DNA of 64,000 nucleotides from Eledone cirrhosa (lineage: Eukaryota), in NCBI GenBank assembly GCA_964016885.1, contig OZ024746.1:16802001-16866000 (forward strand), read 5' to 3'. Made by a program: the position numbers and the translations under genes. The notes beneath the pieces were generated by a model. That model saw only the letters and a program-made list of their open reading frames with translations, was not told the DNA's origin and searched no databases. The number at the start of each line of letters is the position of its first letter. Within the stretch, counting starts at the first letter, position 1. Below are positions 54,775-64,000 of this stretch, one piece after another.

Positions 54775-55142
54775 GTATATATATATGTATGTATATATGT
54801 AAATATATGTATGTATATAAATATATGTATAAATATATGTATGTATATATATAAATATATGTATGTATATATATATAAATATATGTATATATATAACTAT
54901 ATGTATGTATATATATAAATATGTATATATATATATAAATATATGTATGTATATATATAAATATATGTATGTATATATATAAATATATGTATGTATATAT
55001 ATAAATATGTATATATATATATAAATATATATATAAATATGTATATATATATATATAAATATATATATAAATATGTATATATATATAAATATGTATATAT
55101 ATATATAAATATGTATATATATATATGTATGTATATATATAA

Positions 55143-55175
<33 letters not shown>

Positions 55176-55525
55176 TATATATAAATATGTATATATATAT
55201 ATAAATATGTATATATATATGTATGTATATATATATAAATATGTATATATATATATAAATATGTATATATATATGTATGTATATATATATAAATATGTAT
55301 ATATATATATAAATATGTATATATATATGTATGTATATATATATAAATATGTATATGTATATATATATATAAATATGTATATATATATGTATGTATATAT
55401 ATAAATATGTATATGTATATATATATATAAATATGTATATATATATATGTATGTATATATATATAAATATGTATGTATATATATAAATATGTATATATAT
55501 ATGTATGTATATATATATAAATATG

Positions 55526-55558
<33 letters not shown>

Positions 55559-55822
55559 ATATATAAATATATGTATATATATAAATATATGTATATATAT
55601 ATAAATATGTATATATATATAAATGTATGTATATATATAAATATATGTATATATATATAAATATGTATATATATATAAATGTATGTATATATATAAATAT
55701 ATGTATATATATAAATATATGTATATATATATAAATATGTATATATATATATATATATGTATGTTTATATATATATATATATGTATGTTTATATATAAAT
55801 ATATGTATGTATATATATATAA
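54775..55822. repeat. ~1-kb compound AT microsatellite (TA/TATG/TAAA)
   Basis: Direct reading; source of the spurious 389-aa ORF. Confidence 0.97.
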
Positions 55823-55873
55823 TATTATTGAAAATATTAACAAATGAAGATATTCACATAATCAAAATATATG

Positions 55874-55936
55874 CTTTATTATATATATTTCGAAGGTACT
55901 TTGTTGTTTTTCAGTACGTCCTCGTCAGATAAAATA
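55874..55936 (-). ncRNA. Minimal type-I hammerhead ribozyme motif
   Basis: Minus strand: TATTTTAT-CTGACGA-GGACGTACT..AGTACCTTC-GAAA-TATATA-TA-ATAAAG. Confidence 0.75.
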
Positions 55937-56042
55937 TGATTTGATATATGACACCTCTACGGTCTTGATATTTCAATTCCAGTATTGGCAGTGATTTATT
56001 TCATTAAATCTTAACATTTATATACCACAAATAATATGATAA

Positions 56043-56122
<80 letters not shown>

Positions 56123-56380
56123 CTTCTACAGAACTAGAACTGTGTTCATTCGGAGGAATGAAACAGTTCTAGTCCCGTAGAAGCCATTTTTATATTAAAT
56201 ATTTATACTCTGCTATGTATTGAATACCTTACTTACTATGGTTACCCCCCGATTGAACCCGGGATAAACATATAAATATATGTATATATATGTATGTATG
56301 TAAATATATATATATGTATATATATGTGTGTGTATGTATATATATATGTGTGTGTATGTATGTATATATATATATAGAAC

Positions 56381-56415
<35 letters not shown>

Positions 56416-56724
56416 TGAGATTACGAATACACGTTCATTTGTTTTCTATGTGAAAAAGGATCGGACGTAATTATGAAAATAAACAAAATGATTTGGCTGT
56501 GTTTATGTGATGAGACACCATAAACATATTTCTTCCGTTGTTTACTGATAAAACGAAACGATTGACACAACAGATGTGATAAAAATCAACTGTCACTGCT
56601 CTAACATTTATCATATTACCATTAAGACATTACGACGATATCACAAAGCTGTCACCGGTTATTTCACCACATATAGGAAACATTATATGTACAAACCGAT
56701 AGGAAGCATACGAAACACACATAT

Positions 56725-56779
<55 letters not shown>

Positions 56780-57007
56780 GAAAAGTATAGAAATTATTGT
56801 AGCGAGAAGCTAACAGTATTCCATAATATGTAAGTGACTATATATAAATATAAAACATACACTCACACACACATATGTATATCTGTATGTAGTTGACAGA
56901 CGAGAGAAGTAGACAAAAGTAGAGTTTAAATATTCATTTATTATGGCTAAGTATATATAGATGAATATATGAATTTGTGTTCTGGAGCCTACAGTATTTG
57001 CGCATGT

Positions 57008-57045
<38 letters not shown>

Positions 57046-57725
57046 CAATACATGCACAAATACTGTAGACTCCAGAGATACTCGAACTCATAATACAGGT
57101 ATGATGATTGCTGTAAATTTATAAAGGAAGAGGTGGAACGAATAAAGAAACCTATTTTCTCTTTCCTCTCTGTAAAGCAAAGATATTCTTAATTTACTGC
57201 ACCGCTTTCTCCCTTCCTCTCTCTCTCCCATCGCTTCCCTCTCTCTCACCGTCTCCCATCTTCTGTCTCTTTCCTAACTTCTGTCTCTCTCATCCTCTCC
57301 CATTGATATACAGGTAGTTTTAGTTTCACAAACGGCAAAGTTCTTTACTTGCGATCAATCAGCATAACTTTCATTTTATGAATATTTCCTAATTTTTGCT
57401 TTTGATAAGCAATATTAATTATTTATACTGTGCTAATTAGCAACGGTCCTTTGCAATTAAAACTAGCTATTTTTTCACAATTAGCACAGTCGTACTAGTT
57501 AGTACTATTAGTATATATATTTTGAACAGTATGAAGACCTGTTGTAGAAATTATCCCTATTTCTATTAGTTTTTAGTATTGTTGATATAATGTCTATATG
57601 GAGACTCATATTTCTATTGCCTCATTAGTTTTGTAATTACATCAGTTCTGCTAAAGCAATTAACTCCCCGAATATAGTTCCTTTTTAATAATACGGTGGT
57701 TATATCTAAATTACTACTACCACTA

Positions 57726-57768
<43 letters not shown>

Positions 57769-58989
57769 ATAGTACTGTGATAACAGTTTTTATGTAGTAC
57801 TGTGATAACAGTATTTCTATTAATAATGTGGTTACTATTAGTACTTGTTGTTATAATTACTACTATATTGTGATTACCATCAACACTGTTATTATTAAAA
57901 CTAATTATTTCTTACAGTTGTGAAGGTAACCACCAATTGTTAGTATAGTTAGTATCGTAAAATGAATTTTTATCTCTACGATTTAAAGTGGCGCTTATAC
58001 ATCAACAATTCAACTACCAGATTCAGATATCTAATATCTGGACATTCTTTAGAATACTTGTCAATAGGATTTCTCCCTCTCAGCAAATAAATCTAAATGG
58101 AAAAGATTCCTTCGTAAAAATCTGAGTATACATGAAACCCAGCCAACTTCACTGATTGTGGGTTCTGTTGTTATTTACTGTTCTGTTTGAATGGTTGTGT
58201 TGTAACAACGCAATAGGAAACTAAACCAATTGAAGATTAATTCATGTGGTATTCTAGCAGTTCCCATCCCATCTTTATTGTGATAAGACAGACTACCTTA
58301 TGATTCGGTACATGGAACTTATCAACTGAAGGTTCATTGAGATTTGCCTGTTACGTTGAGCAAGTTGTGTTACTAACTACATACGAGTTCCTTTGTTGCC
58401 TTAAAAATATTCCTCATTATTATATTGTTTAACTCCAGGTCAGCCTTCTTTGAACAAACCCATAATATCGGTTCGTTTTTTTTTTTATAAGACTGTATAA
58501 AGGACTATATTATTCAATATATCTTTCCATGTTTGGCTTCTATTTCTATCGGGCTGAGTTACTATACACAAGTTATTTTGTTGTGTTGTTGTTTAACTCT
58601 AGGTCAACCTTGATTTAGTGGATCTATGATAAAAGGTATTCCGACCATAACCACTTTGTCTTTTTATGTACACTGTTTAATGCATCCTGATGTGAATGTG
58701 AGGGATGATTTGGCTGCTATTTCTAGCAGTTCAAGCGACTGCATACAAACAGTCTTGTGTTGTTGCTGTTGGTAATAGTGTGATAATGCTAAACACGATA
58801 TTAGTGGAATGATTATAAAAACGCCAAAAATCTCATTCTTCCCTCAATATTTTATGATTGGCAACGGAAGAACATGTATGAATTTAATCAAAAATAATAA
58901 TTGAACCACTTAACATATCAAACACTGCAACGCAAATACTGGCCTTCCTTTATTGGAACAGAAAATATTTCAGCCAACAACCACTAATT

Positions 58990-59160
58990 CTCTATAAAGC
59001 TCAAATGAGACCTGCAATAGAGTATTGTTCTCACATCTGGCATCGCACTGCTTGCTACACCATATAAATATCCTATATATCCTTGTCAACAGATAACCAG
59101 CAAGCTTCACCCGTCCTTCCACCACAGGACATCACCCTACTGGAATTCATTATTTGTCTA
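58990..59160 (+). mobile_element. Old LINE relic (CR1/L2/Jockey-type C-terminal region)
   Basis: ATGAGACCTGCAATAGAGTATTGTTCTCACATCTGG = MRPAIEYCSHIW. Confidence 0.5.
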
Positions 59161-59487
59161 TGTTATCGTTGAGCTCCAGGACAGCCCTGTTCAAGAATTC
59201 ATAACCAAAAGGTGTTTAAGTCGTGATCATCCTTTTTTTTCTTCAGGCGTAAGGCAATATCCGTCTTATTATTTTTTTTTTTTAGACAGTAGGATATGGT
59301 TTGAGGAATATTTAGTTGCTACTTCTAGTAGATCAAGCGACCATTTAAAGACTATCCGTTGGCTCATCTCTGTCCTTGTTTTTGGTGCAGCCCTCAGCTT
59401 GTAATAACCGCGTAAATTTCACCGGTTTTGGAGGGCTTGCGAAGGCTATGGACATTGTTGTCATGTCCAGTAGTGTTATTACTATGA

Positions 59488-59872
59488 TTATGATGAGTAC
59501 TAGTCATTGCTGTAATTACGACCTATGTTAGTTGTAGCATAGATGTAATTATGATCAATACTAGTCATTGCTGTAATTATGACCAATGTTAGTTGTTGCA
59601 TAGATGTCATTTGGCAGTATCGGTAGAGGGTCTGACCCCATGCTTTGCAGCAAAGAGTTACGGCCCTTTATGGTCTGAGTTCAAATCCCGCTGAGGTTAA
59701 CTTTGCCTTTCATCCTTACGGGGTCGATAAAATAAAGTACCAGTAATGCACTGGTTAATTGCTGGCCTTGTGCCAAAAGTAGAAACAATTATGATCAGTA
59801 CTCGTCATTGCTGTAATTATGACCAACGTTAGTTGTTGCATAGATGTAATTATGATCAGTACTAGTCATTAT
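59488..59872. repeat. 61-bp tandem repeat interrupted by a SINE (59609-59790)
   Basis: TACTAGTCATTGCTGTAATTATGACC..GTTAGTTGTTGCATAGATGTAATTATGATCAG units on both sides of the SINE. Confidence 0.85.
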
Positions 59873-60918
59873 AACTCGAGCTAGTTGTACTACTTACTGT
59901 CTCACAACTTATGGTGACATTACTACAAATAGTCAGTCAGCCCTGACAGTAATAGTGGTGATCATTGCGTCATTACAAATTTATACAGAAAACATCTGCT
60001 TTCTCATAGAATGTTATAAAATACGTCTCAAAAGATTTTGAAAGCAGTTTAGAAGATTTATATTTATCTTTGTTTAAAAATATCAGCATTTCGATTACAA
60101 ATCCGTGTAGATGAGAGCATGTTGCATTAATTTATGTTTTCTTCTGTCAAGTTTTGTTTATTTGTATGTTTCCGATAGGTCAATGTTTCGTTGTCAACAG
60201 GTAAAAGTCTTCTTATTCTGGGCTAACCTGTGAGACAAACAAGAACAGTCTGCAAGAAATAGCACCACTTAAATAGGTAGGAAACAAATTAAACAATGTG
60301 GTCCTAGCATACCCTTAAAAAGACGGGATGTTCATAACTGGAATGTCTTTGGTGTTGGGTCTTCTCATTCAGGGCTAACCTGGTGCTACACAACAGCGGC
60401 CAAATCTCCCTTAACTAGTAGTTTACCGTCTTAAATAATGTGGTCTTACTCCTTAAAAGATGGGATCACTACTATCAAACTGCTTCTCATTAAATGTCTT
60501 CCCAATTATGGCTAACCTGGAGCTAAACAAATCAACGATATGTTAGAAATAACAGCCAAATCTCAATTAAACCACACCCCAGAATTTAAAGAAGAGAATA
60601 TATTGTATAAACGTGCTCCTAGATACACTGAAAAACCCGGATAGTCACGGCTGGAATTATTTGATTATAGTTTTTTTTTTCATTCAGGGCTAAATAACAA
60701 CCTAGTTAGCACACAGACAACAACAATACACCATGATGTTGGGAATGGTGATAAGGGTGTATTTGTCGTTTAGTCCTAAATCAACTTTGGGTAGACCGAC
60801 CTATGGTTAGAAGTTTTCCAGCATATATATATATATTTATTAAAATAACAGATTAAAGTTTAAGCAAAGAATCGCTGCTTTCACCCTTAATGGGATCTTC
60901 TGAAACTTTATTATTATT

Positions 60919-60961
<43 letters not shown>

Positions 60962-62719
60962 GTTTCTATTTTTAGGCACAAGGCCATCAATTACCCAATA
61001 AATTACTGGTACTTTATTTTATCGATCCCGTAAGGATGAAAGGCAAAGTTAACCTCGGCGGGATTTGATATATAATGACAATACATTATCTAATGTCCTT
61101 TCTTTTCTAAGATGGTAGGCTGTGGTTTCAGGAGATTTGGCTACAATTGCTAACAAGTCAAATGAACAAAGAGACTTCTTCGTTACTGGTGAAGGTATTG
61201 TCATTTACTAGTAATTTAACAGTAAGGATTTTTTAGAAGTAGTGGTGGTGGTGGTGGCGGTATGGACGCAGCACTGCCAAATTGTTGAATTCACTTCGGC
61301 CTCTTGGGCAATTTTCGACCCAAGTCTTGTCAGTGAAATTGGGTTAACGAAAACTATTTGGAAGCCAGTTCTGTTGATCGAACAACTGGAACACTTATCG
61401 TAGAAACTGACGAATATCCATTCCAGTAGTAGTAGTAGTATAGTAGTTTTTAGCAGCCAAAATGTAGGGGCTAGTCAATTATGTTGACCCCAGAAGGATG
61501 ACCTCGGTGGGATTTGAACCCAGAGCGTAAAGAACTGGTACAAATTCTACCAGTAGTAATAAGAATGGTTTCTATCAATAATTTGGGGCATTAGGCCAGC
61601 AATTTCTGGAGGGGGGGGGGAGGGAATCGATAAAAATGATCGATGTATTTAACTAGTGATTATTTTACTGACCCCCGAAAAGGGTATATAACTAAACACC
61701 ACAAGATAATGGCGCTATATCGTTTCTACTACTCAATAATGGTAATGATTTCTTACATAAGCACAGCGTCATAGAACGTTGGAGAGAACGATCGGTTGTA
61801 TAGAACTTCAGTACTTGACTGGTACTATATTTCATTGACCACAGAAAGATGTAAGGCAAAGTCGACCTCAGTAAGAGTTTAACAGAGAAGGAGATCGACT
61901 TTGCCCATACGACTAGAGTCGTTAAAATAAACACCAACTAGATATCTTAGATGTTGAGGTTGTTATAGAAGATGAGAGGCCGATAAAATATCGTATTATA
62001 TTAAATTAGAAGTAAAATTATAGTAATAACATGAATATAATAATTTTGGTTGGACTATTTGACTCGTACTAAGATCATATAAAGTTTGCAAAAGAAACAA
62101 TATGAAAAATGCCAGACCCCCCCCCCCCCATACCCTTAATTACACATCAATGAATGCTGGTATTGACATCTAAACATTTTTTAGGCAAACCAAGACAATA
62201 TTTTTGCGGGTAATAGCGAGGCTAAGGTGCTGGAATAGGCAACCACTCATAATAGTACGTATTTTATCGACTTATGAAGGATAGAAATCAAAGTCAACCA
62301 TTGATGTAACTATATATCTCAAGGCATTTTTGTCCCTAGATCTGCACATTATACACTTACCAAGATAGTAAAACAAGGCACCATTCAAATCATGATTGCC
62401 TTCAACATAAATCTCCTCGCCCGTGTCAATTTACAAACGATACTAGAGTTATAAATCCATTCGGGAGTCTACGCTTTCGTTTGATTTGTTAGTGGAAGCA
62501 CTATAATCTCTGTCAAATTACATGGTAGTCATCTTAAAAAGGAATAGTACGTAATAATTTTCAGAGAAGATAGGGTGGTCATAGCTGGAACGTCTTTGAT
62601 TATAGGTCTGTTTAGTAATTGTTTGTTAACTTTATTAGGGAAGCTGTGTTCATACAAACACTAAAGAGACTATCTAGATGATATATATATATATTACTCC
62701 ATTACTGGTGCCTTCGACG

Positions 62720-62935
62720 AATTTAGTCAATAACATCGAACCTGGTACTCTCTTTATACTGGGAGAGTCGTGGGTGCAGAATCTTCAAGCACACCTTTCA
62801 GCGGGTCCAGTCAGAAGCAACCGTCTTCGAGCTAATGGATGTTATCCAATCATCTTGCTCTGGGTCCTCCTGCCAATTGGTTTTGTCCGTAAAATCTGTC
62901 CAGCGATTCTTTTCCGAGACATTCTAACCACATGT
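62720..62935 (-). mobile_element. 3' fragment of a LINE, probably RTE-like (older relative ~16040-16290)
   Basis: The two regions share motifs GTCAGAAGCAACC, GTTATCCAA and TTCTTTTCCGAGACATTCTAAC. Confidence 0.5.
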
Positions 62936-64000
62936 CTGTATGTATGTGTGTGTGTGTGTGTGGGGGGGTCGTTCGGTGACCCATTTCATTCATTGATATG
63001 GATTTGTAGCGACTCATGCAACCAGACAAAGTTTTAGTCGTTCGGTGTGTTTCACCGATTTATTCGACCAATGCCACAGCAATAGCATTTAGCCATTGGC
63101 TATATAAATGGAACATGAAAGTGATTCTTTCTTATCAATGTAACTCAACCCAGAGCCTGCAACTCTCTCTCTTTCAATCGAATTGGAATTTTGTTTTAGC
63201 TAGTGATATTTCAGTCAAACGAGACATTGATTCTCTATTCCTCCAGGTTATCAACACCGATGTTGATTTGTCTTCTTTTTATCCCAGTAAAATGTTACAT
63301 TCACACTAAGTGGGACGCCAAAAAGAACCCTATTTCAAGAATATATGAATAACACTACTTCTAGAACGCGTTTAACTTAAACCTTGATTTTTCAGCGTTA
63401 CATTTTGCACACACATCCTACAGATTTCGCTGGCATCTTGCACGCCTATCATGCAGACTCACTTGCATTTTGTATTCACATCATATATAGCCACTTGCAT
63501 TTTGCACACAATGTTGGTCCAGCTACATTTTATGCAAACATGTAGGTCTCGCATCTCGTCTTCATAGTATATTTTTGTCAGTCCTTTTGCTAACTCCCCA
63601 TCTGTAAACGGGGACACGTTTCAATTGAACGATATATCGATTTGTCAGGTTACCAACTCCTTATGTTGATTTCCTTTCATTTTATCTCAACATTTTCCAT
63701 TCAAACTCCATTTGTGATTAAAAAAAGAATTACATTTCAAGGACATATATACTATGTGACATCTACAATACTTTTAACTGAAACCATTAAAAAATATTAA
63801 TATTGTAAATGAAAATTGTTACATTTTTCTCTCTGAACCAGTCTTATTCAAACCTGTACATTTGAAAATAAACACGTACCACTTTCTAGGGGCCTACCTT
63901 CTGTTGGTACAAAGGAAATAAAAAGAGAACATATACATTTTGTGTTCTTTTTTGTATGTATAGTTTTTATTTCGCGTAATTGTGCATACAATTACGCGAA

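Noticed and set aside
54674-55843. 389-aa ORF and other YI/CV/HT-rich ORFs (e.g. 23439-23785, 26982-27595, 44449-45088)
   Set aside because: They are translations of microsatellites.
56537-56572. CTGATAA-AAC-GAAA-CGATTG motif
   Set aside because: Core G8 is changed, there is no helix II, and the palindrome is imperfect.
57980-58140. Possible Penelope GIY-YIG remnant (FK.R.Y...KWK-like fragments)
   Set aside because: Too degenerate to support without a profile search.
60855-60912. Minus-strand CAGAAGA-TCCC attaa GGGT-GAAA motif
   Set aside because: The core deviates from CUGANGA and no valid UH or helix I was found.

Overview
Eukaryotic, AT-rich, microsatellite-dense genomic DNA with one 200-N gap (44170-44369). 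The SINE/LINE repertoire resembles that of coleoid cephalopods such as Octopus, but this is an inference. The left third holds a complete NUP93/Nic96 nucleoporin gene on the minus strand: 23 coding exons traced by hand with GT-AG borders and consistent phases, 2466 nt (821 aa plus stop), and a probable non-coding first exon near 24.55-24.62 kb. In the remaining ~39 kb I recognised no host gene. It is a mosaic of Helitron-like arrays, tRNA-SINEs, RTE and CR1 LINE relics, piggyBac- and mariner-type MITEs, and three RLE-endonuclease (R4/Dong-like) retroelement pieces stacked in a (TACA)n microsatellite. The most notable signal is a set of minimal type-I hammerhead ribozyme motifs (helix I-CUGANGA-helix II-GAAA-6-nt palindrome-UA-helix I). 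Four have intact cores and one is mutated. They sit in short non-coding cassettes beside (TA)n tracts, with different palindromes and helix II sequences, as known for Penelope-like element/retrozyme ribozymes. Several long TA-flanked hairpins and an inverted SINE pair are also present.
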